Of a DNA stretch of 64,000 nucleotides, positions 51,479-60,810 are shown one piece after another. Under the pieces are notes generated by a model. The model did no database searches, had not been told where the DNA came from, and saw only the letters and a program-made list of their open reading frames with translations. The DNA comes from Planctomycetota bacterium (GTDB lineage Bacteria; Planctomycetota; Brocadiia; JAADGH01): the NCBI GenBank assembly GCA_040755855.1, contig JBFMAD010000005.1:32001-96000 (forward strand). Direction: 5' to 3'. Position 1 is the first letter of the stretch, and every line of letters starts with the position of its first letter. Position numbers and translations under genes: made by a program.

Positions 51479-52917
51479 TGTTTTGTCTCCAAAAAAGACG
51501 TGGGGGTTTTTATCGTCATCCGGCGACTAATGATATAGAGGGGAAGCCCGAGAAGGACGGGAACAATTCCCAGCAATGCGAGCCCCTTGGCGTAATTGAC
51601 GCTCGAATACAACATCCCGATGGAAGTCAGGCAGAATACCAACGGCAGGAGGGGGTAGAGCGGGACCAGGAACGGCCGCTCGGTATGGGGGTCTTTGATG
51701 CGCAGGACGAAAAGGGAAAGCCCGGAGAGAAGGAAGAAAAACCAGAAGACGGGGGCGGTGCCGCTGATGAGGGTGCCGAATCCTCCGCCGAAGCGGTCCC
51801 ACGGCAGCGCACTCAAACCCGCGCATTGGAGAAGGGAATCAAGGCCGTTCCGGCCAGCGGCGGTGCCGACGATCAGGATCATGATCAACACGACAGCGGC
51901 CTGGGACAGAAAGGACCAGAGAGGCGTGCGCAGGCGCGGATGCCATCGGCCAAGCCACGAGAAGATCGTGTGGTCGGCGCCGAGGGTGGCGTAGACACGC
52001 GATCCGGTGAAGATGAGTCCATTGATACAGCCGAGCGCCGAAACCATGACCAGCAGACTCATTCCTCGGCCGCCCCAATCGCCCATCATCAGCTTGAAAA
52101 CATCGCCGGCCGGGGCGCGGGAAGCGCGGAGGCCCTCGAAGCCCAGCCCCCATAGGTAGGCCATGTTAATCAGGAGATAGATTAGCGTGATAGCACCCGT
52201 GCCCAGGATCAGCGCCAGCGGGATGTTGCGCCGCCTGTTGCGAAGCTCCGCCGCCACAAAGGCGGCGTCGTTCCAGCCGCCGTAGGCGTAAAGGACGAGA
52301 ATGAAGGCCAGTCCCAGGCCGGGACCGGTGACGGCCTGCTGCGGGAGGAGCGAGGCGCCGCCGCCCCACAGAAGGCCCGCGGCAAGGATGCCGCCGACCC
52401 CGATCATCTTGGCCACGGTGAGGATGTTCTGCGCGGCCCGGCCAAGAACCATCCCGCACAGGTTCAAAAGCGTAAGGACGAGGACGGCGCCGACAGCGTA
52501 CCAGACCCCCCTGACCATCGGCCCGCCCCAGATCTCAAGCGCATAGTCGGCGAAGACATACGCCAGTGCGCCGATGCTCCCGGTGAGGATGGCGGCGAGC
52601 TGTGCCCACCCAAAGATGAAGCCGACCCACGGACCGTAGGCGCGAGTGAGGTAGACATAGTCGCCCCCGGAGCGCGGGTAGGCCGTCGCAAGCTCGGCGT
52701 AGCATAAGCCGCCCACAATGGATAGCACTCCGCCCAAGACCCAAACAGCCATTCCCTGCCAGGGGCCGGACACGTTGCTGAATATCAACGGGGGGGCCTT
52801 GAAGATAGTCACACCGATCACAATACCGATGATGATGCTGATACCGTCCCAAAGCCCGATCTGTCCGGGTGCAAACTCAGCCGCCACAGCCCGTAGTCGC
52901 ATCCGGCCCGGCGCCAT
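51475..52917 (-). CDS. APC-family amino acid permease
   Basis: IGIVIGVTIF, YAELA..YPRSGG.YVY, YAYGGWN; start uncertain (could be 52986). Confidence 0.85.
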   Translation of the reverse strand: MAPGRMRLRAVAAEFAPGQIGLWDGISIIIGIVIGVTIFKAPPLIFSNVSGPWQGMAVWVLGGVLSIVGGLCYAELATAYPRSGGDYVYLTRAYGPWVGFIFGWAQLAAILTGSIGALAYVFADYALEIWGGPMVRGVWYAVGAVLVLTLLNLCGMVLGRAAQNILTVAKMIGVGGILAAGLLWGGGASLLPQQAVTGPGLGLAFILVLYAYGGWNDAAFVAAELRNRRRNIPLALILGTGAITLIYLLINMAYLWGLGFEGLRASRAPAGDVFKLMMGDWGGRGMSLLVMVSALGCINGLIFTGSRVYATLGADHTIFSWLGRWHPRLRTPLWSFLSQAAVVLIMILIVGTAAGRNGLDSLLQCAGLSALPWDRFGGGFGTLISGTAPVFWFFFLLSGLSLFVLRIKDPHTERPFLVPLYPLLPLVFCLTSIGMLYSSVNYAKGLALLGIVPVLLGLPLYIISRRMTIKTPTSFLETKQ

Positions 52918-53007
52918 CTCTATTTCTGCATCAGCGGCCAACAGTATCTCCGTATTTATTCCTTCTGCCCATCGGTCGCCGCCCATGGAAGGGAAGGGGC
53001 GGTATTA

Positions 53008-53448
53008 TTATTCCTCGGCAGGCTTTTTCTTCTGTTCCGGTTTTTCCTCTTTGTCGCCCTTTTCGGTTTTTTCCTCTTCCTTCGCTTCCTTGCATTTGCT
53101 GATCTTCAGGAGCATCTCGCCGTCTTTTTCGGCCGCCATGCCGACTATTTCCACCTTCTTCCCGTCCAGTTTCTCGAACTTCTTGCCGCCAAGCACCTTA
53201 TAGGACTTGCCATCATCCGATGCGAAAGTGGCATCCGTGACCTTGCCCTTCTCATCCTTGGTGACGGAGATGGTACCCGTCGCCTTTATTGCTTCTGGTT
53301 TTGCGCGGGCCTTCTCATCTGTTTTCTTCTCGGATTTTTCCTTCTTGCCCTTCGACTCATCTTGGCCCTGAACCCCATCGCAGGCAAGCAACAGAGAGAA
53401 CAAGGCAGCTACAGCAACCCACGACAAGACCACAATTCTCCCTCTCAT
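53008..53448 (-). CDS. Hypothetical exported Lys/Glu-rich protein
   Basis: RBS AGGAG, hydrophobic leader ending LLAC, small beta-rich core. Confidence 0.65.
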   Translation of the reverse strand: MRGRIVVLSWVAVAALFSLLLACDGVQGQDESKGKKEKSEKKTDEKARAKPEAIKATGTISVTKDEKGKVTDATFASDDGKSYKVLGGKKFEKLDGKKVEIVGMAAEKDGEMLLKISKCKEAKEEEKTEKGDKEEKPEQKKKPAEE

Positions 53449-53595
53449 CGCATGACTCCTTTCAAAAAGGTTGGTTTTTCCCCATGCACTCTGCATGGGG
53501 AGAGCGGGTTCTTTCTTCGTCTTAGATCATCCAACCACTTGGGCCGTGGCGGCGGCAGGATGTTCACCTGCCGCTCGTCGCCTCTCCTTCCAAAT

Positions 53596-54921
53596 TCAGT
53601 GAATTGCACTCTCCATATCCCCCTTTCGCCAGACCTGGCGCCGAACACGAACCTCATCCACCCTAAAAAAGCGGCGCGGCACATCGCGGAGGAGTTTGCT
53701 CACGAGATCGAAGGCCAACTCCTCGGAGAACAGGCCGTTCTCTACGCGCTCGCAGAGCATCCGGCACAGCGACTCTCTTGCCAGTATCAACGACCCCACC
53801 GTGCGCTCAATGTGCTCGGAGTCCCCTCCCCAGAAAAGGATCTTCGCCACAGGCACCAGTTCCAACCATTCCCCTATTGCATTCTGCATCGCCGAAGGAG
53901 ACTGCCCCGCGAGTGTGCTCCCGTCAATGTAGATATTCCTGAACGTCTTGGCTAGGGCCCCCAGGTGCCTCACGAAGGGCGCGGCGGCATGCAGGAAGAC
54001 AAAGCGGGTGGATATGTGTTGGGCGACCAGGCCGGTTGTCTGGCATGGGTCGCCGTGCTCGATAAACGGCATCTCCGGCGCCGCACCGGTGTCAATCTGC
54101 AGAGGGATGTTGAGCGCGGCACACTGCTCAGTAACACGGTGGATCATATGGTCCTCGAAAAGCTTTGCTTCCTGCGGTGTAATTGAGTCCGGCGGCTTGT
54201 GAAACGCCGTGTCCGCGTCCTGCTTATCCGCGCCATCCACACGTAGCGGGCGGAACGTGCAGTAGCTCATCCAGAACGCCGGGATCCCTTCCCCATCACA
54301 TTCGGACATGGTCTTCGTTAAAAGATCGGCCACGTCCTGGAATTCCTGCAATCGCACGCGATATTTTTTCTCCAGTCGCGCTTTGCACTCCGTCCGGTAG
54401 GCGCGGATAAAGTCATCCAGATTCGGCGTGGGCAAGAAGAAGTCCGCCTCTTGTTCCGAAAGGAGATGATGTTGCGAAGCGGCCCAGACAACCGCACTGA
54501 TGCCCGCCTTCCGGAGGGCGCGAATATACCAGTCTTCCTTCCCATAGGCCGCCGTCATCCGTTCGCGAAGATCATGATACCGGCGCTCGTCCAAAGGAAA
54601 TCCGTCAAAATCATAGAGGAGTTTCGATGCCCTTACAAGACAGCGATACGGTCCAGTGCCGGCAATGCCTGGCAAACGGTCCTGGAGAAACTCCCAGCTT
54701 TTCTCCGGGTCGTGGGGGACGCCGCCCTCTGCCTCCTGCAACGGCTCGCCAAGGCACGACGTGGCAAAGAAATGAAACAAAACATCTCCTGCTGCAAGAA
54801 TGTCTTCACGAGGGAGGATATGATCATGACAGTCAATGGCGGGAATTCCCTGGATGTGATCCCGGAGCCGGGCAAACAAATCCTCGTTCTGAGTGGAAAC
54901 TTCTTTGACCAGTGTTGTCAT
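53596..54921 (-). CDS. Amidohydrolase-superfamily protein (uronate-isomerase-like), altered metal ligands
   Basis: DCHDH, QIDTG, FLHA, WGGD; start could be 54954. Confidence 0.72.
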   Translation of the reverse strand: MTTLVKEVSTQNEDLFARLRDHIQGIPAIDCHDHILPREDILAAGDVLFHFFATSCLGEPLQEAEGGVPHDPEKSWEFLQDRLPGIAGTGPYRCLVRASKLLYDFDGFPLDERRYHDLRERMTAAYGKEDWYIRALRKAGISAVVWAASQHHLLSEQEADFFLPTPNLDDFIRAYRTECKARLEKKYRVRLQEFQDVADLLTKTMSECDGEGIPAFWMSYCTFRPLRVDGADKQDADTAFHKPPDSITPQEAKLFEDHMIHRVTEQCAALNIPLQIDTGAAPEMPFIEHGDPCQTTGLVAQHISTRFVFLHAAAPFVRHLGALAKTFRNIYIDGSTLAGQSPSAMQNAIGEWLELVPVAKILFWGGDSEHIERTVGSLILARESLCRMLCERVENGLFSEELAFDLVSKLLRDVPRRFFRVDEVRVRRQVWRKGDMESAIH

Positions 54922-54958
54922 CGCTTTATTCTTCTTTCGCGGATCGGTCCGCACCCGT

Positions 54959-56287
54959 TCAGGACATGGATGCGGAACCCGCCATGGTATGCTGCAATCG
55001 CTTGTTTCGGACTTCGTTGATTTTAAAGAGGCTCAAGGCGTTTTCACGGAGGATTTTCCACGCGACGGCTATCGCCTCTGATTCGTCAAGGATTTTCGAC
55101 TCCACACGCTCGGCAAGGACATCCGCCATGACTCTCTTGGCAAGAGTGAGCGACCCATAGCTCATCTCCACCCGCAATGCGTCGCCGCCCCAGGCCAGGA
55201 TTCGGTCCGTGGGGAGGACATCCAACCACTCGGAAAGCGTTCTTCTATAGGCTGACGGAGACAAGAGCGGCAGCCACGAGCCATCCACATAGAGATTGGG
55301 GTATCGAGCCACCAGCGAGGTGACATCCCGAGTGTGCGGAAAGCCGCCGTGAAGCAGAACGAATCGCACATCGGAGTGTTGCGCCAGGAAGTTCTCCAAA
55401 GGCAGAGGAACCCCATTTTCCGGACGACTGAGCAGACGGTTCACCGCCAACATCCCTGTATGAATCTGCACCGTCAGGTCCCAGGTTGCAGCCCTTTTGG
55501 CAATTTCCGAGAAGATGAAGGTCTCATACTGGCCCACATCCGCCTCCGTCAGGTCCGACGTGATAGTGGCGAATACCCGTGATGCGTGCGAGCGGGACGG
55601 CTCGCCGAAGTCGAGCCTGCGGAAGTAGGCCGCCGCAATTTTTATGCCCCCTATACCCGTTTGCACACGCTCTGCCACCGCCCGATCCATCAGATCGAGA
55701 ACATCGGAAAGCGTGTGAGGGATATCCCCGCACTGACGCCGGATTGACTCTCTATAATCCGGTAATCGAATGAAGGCGAACCAATCGAAACGAGCCAGAG
55801 GAATAAAAAGGGATCGGTCCATGCTCGGCCATGCGGCCTCAGCGGGCGGCTGGTCCCACAGGACCGCGTCTATGTTTCCGCATGTTCGCAGAACATGTTT
55901 GTACCAGTCCGAGCGTGCGTTGGCGTCGGCAAAAGCGGCAGAGACACTCTCCCAATTCGAGTCGTCTATCTCTGTAATTTGCACACCTAACAAGTCCTGG
56001 ACGGCAATCAGGAAGCCGCGCAAATAACCCGTGTTGCGGCATAGCGGCAGGACACGCCGGATGTTCGCCCAGCCATCCGGCTCGCTCTTGGCAGCCGCGC
56101 GCCACTGCGCCGAAATCACGCCGCTTCGCGTCAGATCATGTTCGACGAAACTCCGGGCCATAATGCGAAACGCATTGTTGGGACAGGGCGGCGTGACGTC
56201 GAGTGACTCCGTGTGTTCGTGAGAATCAATGACAGGAATTCTGTCTAATTCACCCCGTATGCGCTTCCTTAGTTCTTCCGACCGCAT
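54959..56287 (-). CDS. Amidohydrolase-superfamily protein (uronate-isomerase-like)
   Basis: DSHEH, GIK, QIHTG, LLHGG, WGGD. Confidence 0.78.
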   Translation of the reverse strand: MRSEELRKRIRGELDRIPVIDSHEHTESLDVTPPCPNNAFRIMARSFVEHDLTRSGVISAQWRAAAKSEPDGWANIRRVLPLCRNTGYLRGFLIAVQDLLGVQITEIDDSNWESVSAAFADANARSDWYKHVLRTCGNIDAVLWDQPPAEAAWPSMDRSLFIPLARFDWFAFIRLPDYRESIRRQCGDIPHTLSDVLDLMDRAVAERVQTGIGGIKIAAAYFRRLDFGEPSRSHASRVFATITSDLTEADVGQYETFIFSEIAKRAATWDLTVQIHTGMLAVNRLLSRPENGVPLPLENFLAQHSDVRFVLLHGGFPHTRDVTSLVARYPNLYVDGSWLPLLSPSAYRRTLSEWLDVLPTDRILAWGGDALRVEMSYGSLTLAKRVMADVLAERVESKILDESEAIAVAWKILRENALSLFKINEVRNKRLQHTMAGSASMS

Positions 56288-56374
56288 AACTTACTACGTC
56301 CGAAATATAAATAATCCCCGGCAAACTGCCGGCGACAATGGATACTAATCTACTATATTCGCCCAAATTATATC

Positions 56375-56404
56375 ATTATACCTCTTAGTTTCATCGGATG
56401 TCAA
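56375..56404 (-). promoter_or_regulatory. Consensus sigma70 promoter for the amidohydrolase pair
   Basis: TTGACA-18 bp-TATAAT on the minus strand. Confidence 0.7.
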
Positions 56405-56467
56405 GATTCTTGATTCTTGCCCTTGGGCAGGTTTGTTAATGGCCGCGAAACCAGACGCAGAAGGGAT

Positions 56468-59251
56468 TCACTGCATGATCGCTTCGACCGGAACGGCTTC
56501 CCCCCGCCGCTGGGCCTCGACATGCTCCGGCAGGTACACCCCATAGAACGGTATGTTGAGGTCAATCCAAATGCAGAGCCGCCGAAACTCATCGGGGCTT
56601 AGCTTCACGTCATTATGGCCCTTGTCCAGCATCTCGATTATAGGGCTGGCCATCGCCCCGAACTTGCCCGGATAGGTGCGCGGTACCCACTCGCCCCCGT
56701 TCACGCTGTCGAACCAGTGCACCCGTTCTCGCGTCGCAAGCGTACGGTATGACTCACAGTGGGCTGCCTCGCTCCCGCCCAGCTTGCCCGTCAGCCGAAT
56801 CCCCTTCTTCGGTTCCGGCCCGCTATGGCACTTGATGCAGTGCTTGTCCAGAACGGGCTGAACCAGGCGCAGATAGGATAACGGTCTTGTGCCGTCAGGG
56901 CCCGGCTCAATCTGCGACGGAGGCCGCCTCACCGCGAGTGGCAGGCGATTGGGAGGCGTCGTGTTTCTGGGTTCATGGCAGCCGACGCAGGATAGCGTTT
57001 CCCCGGGCTGCACGTAGGTGATCGTGCGCATGCCCTGGTGAGCCTTATCGCGGTCATCCACAGCCTGGAAGTAGAGCGGGACGCCCGCCGGCGCCTCAAA
57101 ATAGGCCGACCCATCCTCCTCAACGGGAACCGCGCCGAGGAGATGCCGCGCCGAAATCTGTCGCGCCCGGCTGATCTTCGGGTGATCGCTTCGGTAAGTG
57201 GACTTCGGGAGAACCTGCACAACTCTCAGCTTCTTGATCCGTCCGCGCTCCATCGGCTCGGTGCTCTGATAAACATCATGCAGAAGAAATCGTCCGGTCC
57301 TCGGCCCGGCCCAGTCCACCGTGCACGAATGTGTCACAGGTTTCGGCCTGGCCTGCAGTGGGGTCGGGCTTTCTGAGGGAATCGCCGGGTCGCGGTAGAG
57401 CAGTTCCTTGTGCCCCCAGCGGTCGAGGAGATAGATGCCGGGTGTTAGTCCGGTGCTTCGCCTCTTCGAGGACCAGCGGGGGCTGTAGGATACGAGATAG
57501 AAGTCCTCGCTGAGCGGCCAGAGCGTGGTGAAGTTGCTCATCGGCCAGCCTTCCGCCTCGGGAAAGGGCACGTCCGGCGTGATCCGGGTCACCGGCTCCA
57601 GCCCATCCTGCCCATCGGCGGGGTCTATCAAGACCACCGACCCTTCGGCGTACCCGTGATGCGCCCCGGCGATGCCCAGGACTTTGCGCGACCCCGGAAT
57701 CGCCCGCGCCTGCCACACGCCCCACGGTTTCTTCCCGAAGTTGTAATTGCCATAAAATGCCATGGGGTTAGAACCGTCGGACCGGGCGGTCCACAGGCTG
57801 TGCGCCACGTTGGTGTGGCGGTCCACGTAGTCCCACCGCGTGTAGATCAGGTTGCCGTCGTTGAGGACGCTCGGGTTCCATTCGTTGGTTTCGTGCCATG
57901 AGATGCACCGGATCGCAGCATTGTCCGGACTCGCCCTATGGAGGGTATAGGTCGGCACAGGCCGGCCGCCGCAACGGCAGAAACCACCGCGCCTCGTTGA
58001 GATAAAAACGATGTCGCCGTCCGGGAGGAAACGGGGATCGAAATCGTCGTGCGGGCCGTCGGTTATCTGGCGAAGTCCCGATCCGTCCACATTGATTGTA
58101 AAAAGGTGATAGCACACCTCCGGCGTCCAGCAGCCGCCCTTGCGGTCTCCCGTGGCCCGACTGTGGGCAAAGACGATCCTGTGGCCATCATAAGACAGGT
58201 CGGGACTCATATAGCTGCCGGGCATGACCTCTTGCCCGATGATCTCGCGGACGCGGATGTTCCCCCGGGTATTTTCCAGCACAAAAATCCCCCCGCCCGG
58301 CGACGCATAACAGCCGTAGTACTGGTCGCACATGTGAGGGAAGACGCCGGTATGGCGCTTGACGAAGATGAGCTTGTCGAAGTCAAGCAGGGGATTGCAC
58401 AAGGCGATCTCCCGGACCGTCCATCGGGCCTCCTGATACAGCGCATCCACATCCGCCGCAGGGGACTTGCTTCTCTCCGCGAGCGATCCGAGGCGCTCCG
58501 CCGCCGACTTGACCCGCTCTCCCCCGCCGAGTTCGCCGATCTCCTTGGCCAGGCGCTGCCCTGCATCGAGGATCTGCCGGACGTCCGCTATCGTGTATCC
58601 ATCCGTTCCCGGTCGGACCTTGCGTGTGGAGTAGCGGCTCGTGCTGCTCTGGTCGGCGGGACGACCGAGGGCGATGTTCTTCGTTGGGTCATCCCGGCCA
58701 TAGACCTCGATTTCGTCGAGATGGAACGATACGGCGCGGCGCATCTGAAGGCGCACAAATCGCGCAGCCACATTCTTTCCCGTGAAGTTCACCACGAGCG
58801 GCTTCTTGTCCGTGAAGCCGTAAAACACCGCGCCGACGTGCTGATAGACCTCGTTCCAGGCCCTACCGTCGTCTGAAACAAGGATCACGAGTCCCGTTGA
58901 CACCCGCGCGGCGGCGCTGCCGCAGCGGTTGTAAACAACGACGCGGTCCAAGGCGCAACGCCGTCCCAGGTCCACCTGCCACCACGAATCCGGCTCGCCG
59001 GAGGCGCAATGAAAACCGTACTCGCCGTTGATCACGCCATCCACGCCGCCGGCGGCGTCTTCCTGGGTTGTTGCATTATCAATCCGTTCCTGGGTCATCT
59101 GGGCGCGCTTCTGCTCAAGCCAATCCGCCTCGAGCAGCGCCCGCGCGGTAGGATCGCCCTTCGCAGATGACGGATCGGCAGAAGCAACCACAGAAGCGGT
59201 CAGGAAAACCGCGACCTGCACAAAGATATGGACTCGTTTAGATAGGGCCAT
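56468..59251 (-). CDS. Secreted HzsA-like beta-propeller protein with discoidin domain and two c-type heme motifs
   Basis: WWQVDLG discoidin; propeller repeats (YTRWDYVDR); VPVEEDGSAYF..PA...YFQA; CVGCH and CIKCH. Confidence 0.78.
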   Translation of the reverse strand: MALSKRVHIFVQVAVFLTASVVASADPSSAKGDPTARALLEADWLEQKRAQMTQERIDNATTQEDAAGGVDGVINGEYGFHCASGEPDSWWQVDLGRRCALDRVVVYNRCGSAAARVSTGLVILVSDDGRAWNEVYQHVGAVFYGFTDKKPLVVNFTGKNVAARFVRLQMRRAVSFHLDEIEVYGRDDPTKNIALGRPADQSSTSRYSTRKVRPGTDGYTIADVRQILDAGQRLAKEIGELGGGERVKSAAERLGSLAERSKSPAADVDALYQEARWTVREIALCNPLLDFDKLIFVKRHTGVFPHMCDQYYGCYASPGGGIFVLENTRGNIRVREIIGQEVMPGSYMSPDLSYDGHRIVFAHSRATGDRKGGCWTPEVCYHLFTINVDGSGLRQITDGPHDDFDPRFLPDGDIVFISTRRGGFCRCGGRPVPTYTLHRASPDNAAIRCISWHETNEWNPSVLNDGNLIYTRWDYVDRHTNVAHSLWTARSDGSNPMAFYGNYNFGKKPWGVWQARAIPGSRKVLGIAGAHHGYAEGSVVLIDPADGQDGLEPVTRITPDVPFPEAEGWPMSNFTTLWPLSEDFYLVSYSPRWSSKRRSTGLTPGIYLLDRWGHKELLYRDPAIPSESPTPLQARPKPVTHSCTVDWAGPRTGRFLLHDVYQSTEPMERGRIKKLRVVQVLPKSTYRSDHPKISRARQISARHLLGAVPVEEDGSAYFEAPAGVPLYFQAVDDRDKAHQGMRTITYVQPGETLSCVGCHEPRNTTPPNRLPLAVRRPPSQIEPGPDGTRPLSYLRLVQPVLDKHCIKCHSGPEPKKGIRLTGKLGGSEAAHCESYRTLATRERVHWFDSVNGGEWVPRTYPGKFGAMASPIIEMLDKGHNDVKLSPDEFRRLCIWIDLNIPFYGVYLPEHVEAQRRGEAVPVEAIMQ

Positions 59252-59380
59252 TCTTCTATGATGCCAACGCAGCTTCGTTTGTGCAAGCCAAATCTGGATA
59301 CCGCGTGTCACAGCGCACCGACGATCAGAGACGCGTATTCCCAGGTCCGCTATGGTAAGGGCGTTTCTTCGCTCAACGGA

Positions 59381-60706
59381 TCACAGCACATCATACTTCG
59401 CAATGTACCCCTGCTCCGCTTCTGACCGGCGCATGAAATCGAGGAAGGCGCTGTGCATTTTCCCGACGATGGCGGGATGCTTTTTCATCAGATTTCGCGT
59501 TTGCGCAGGATCGGTTTTCAGGTCAAACAGCATACCGGGAAAGTCTCGCTCGGCTACCATGTAGGTCCACTGCTCGTCGGTCACGGTGGCGCGGCTCGCC
59601 CCGGGGTAGCCCCAGTTGTTCCGCGACGTGAAGACATACTCCCAGTTGCGTTGCTTCTTGCCCGTCAGCAGAGGCAGCCACGACTTGCCGTAGATGCGAT
59701 GTATCTTGACGCGGCAGACGTCGGCAATCGTCGCCATCAGGTCCGCCGGCTGCGCCAGGGCCTTCACGCGCTTCCTTATCCCCCGCGCCGGAATCCAAAC
59801 GAGCAATGGGATGTGCGTGACCTCCTCGAACATCGGCCACGGGTCATCGTAGTCCACGGTGTGCTTCCCGCAGCGTTTGTGCTCGCCGATGGCCATGCCG
59901 TGGTCGGAGATGACGACGACCATTGTGTTGGCGAATAGCCCCATGAGTTCGATCTGGCGGAATAAATGGCCCACCCACCGATCGGTGAGTGTCACCTCCG
60001 CGGCGTAGCGTGCGCGGAGGCGTTCAAGCTCACTGGGCTTATAGCAGTCCATGTAGCCATAGTTCGGATACTTGTAGTCGAGGCCCCCGTAATTTCGGCT
60101 GTAGAGGTCAACGTAGTAGTCCGGTGTGTGCCATACCTCGTGGATTTCGAAGGAATCCACCCACAGGAATAACTTTTTCTCGTGGTGATCCTGCAGCCAG
60201 TCGCACGCCGTGCACATGGTCCGTGCCACGAACCAGTCCGACTCGCGCCGGAAGTGCGCCCGTTCCGCCATGTCGCGCTGATACCCCTTGCCGTTGCCGC
60301 GCAGGTTCTCGGGTGGAACGTCGAAGGGGATGTCCTCCGGCTTTATCGTGTTTTCCGGAGGCGCTTTGATGACAAGCACATCATGGAACCCGCGCTCGAA
60401 GCCCGTCGGGATCATGTTCGTCGTGTCGGTCACGAAGCCCGTATAGTAGCCTGCGTTGCGCATGACCTCGGTGATGAGGATTTCATCATCGGGCAGTTTC
60501 GTCCAGCCGTATCGCGGGAAGTTGACGTTGCCCGTGAAGCAATCCGTCCGCATCGGGATCGTGGGAAACGAGGCGCAGTAGGCCCGCTCGAAGATCGTCG
60601 CACGCTCGGCGAAGGCATCCAGGCAGGGCGTCTGCACCCAATCCTCCCGATAGCACCCCAGCGCGTCCCGCCGGAGTGTGTCCAGAGCAATCACAATGAC
60701 ATTCAT
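59381..60706 (-). CDS. Sulfatase-fold (alkaline phosphatase superfamily) hydrolase
   Basis: IALDTLRRD, PTIPMR...TG, SDHG, HIPL, LFDL..DP. Confidence 0.85.
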   Translation of the reverse strand: MNVIVIALDTLRRDALGCYREDWVQTPCLDAFAERATIFERAYCASFPTIPMRTDCFTGNVNFPRYGWTKLPDDEILITEVMRNAGYYTGFVTDTTNMIPTGFERGFHDVLVIKAPPENTIKPEDIPFDVPPENLRGNGKGYQRDMAERAHFRRESDWFVARTMCTACDWLQDHHEKKLFLWVDSFEIHEVWHTPDYYVDLYSRNYGGLDYKYPNYGYMDCYKPSELERLRARYAAEVTLTDRWVGHLFRQIELMGLFANTMVVVISDHGMAIGEHKRCGKHTVDYDDPWPMFEEVTHIPLLVWIPARGIRKRVKALAQPADLMATIADVCRVKIHRIYGKSWLPLLTGKKQRNWEYVFTSRNNWGYPGASRATVTDEQWTYMVAERDFPGMLFDLKTDPAQTRNLMKKHPAIVGKMHSAFLDFMRRSEAEQGYIAKYDVL

Positions 60707-60710
60707 GGTT

Positions 60711-60743
60711 CTTAATCCTAATCTTAATCCTAATCCTACTCTT
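60711..60743. repeat. Short tandem hexamer repeat CYTAAT
   Basis: CTTAAT CCTAAT CTTAAT CCTAAT CCTACT CTT. Confidence 0.6.
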
Positions 60744-60810
60744 CGCATCTCGTGATGCAGGTCATTTTAATCTTCAAAAAGTAAAGGTGGGAGTGTTTTT
60801 TCACGGTCGC

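Noticed and set aside
53479..53501. Hairpin TCCCCATGCA-CTC-TGCATGGGGA as a terminator
   Set aside because: No downstream U tract in the direction of the flanking minus-strand genes; function unclear.
56468..59251. Evidence for anammox metabolism
   Set aside because: No hzsB, hzsC or hydrazine dehydrogenase nearby; the discoidin fusion is unlike true HzsA.
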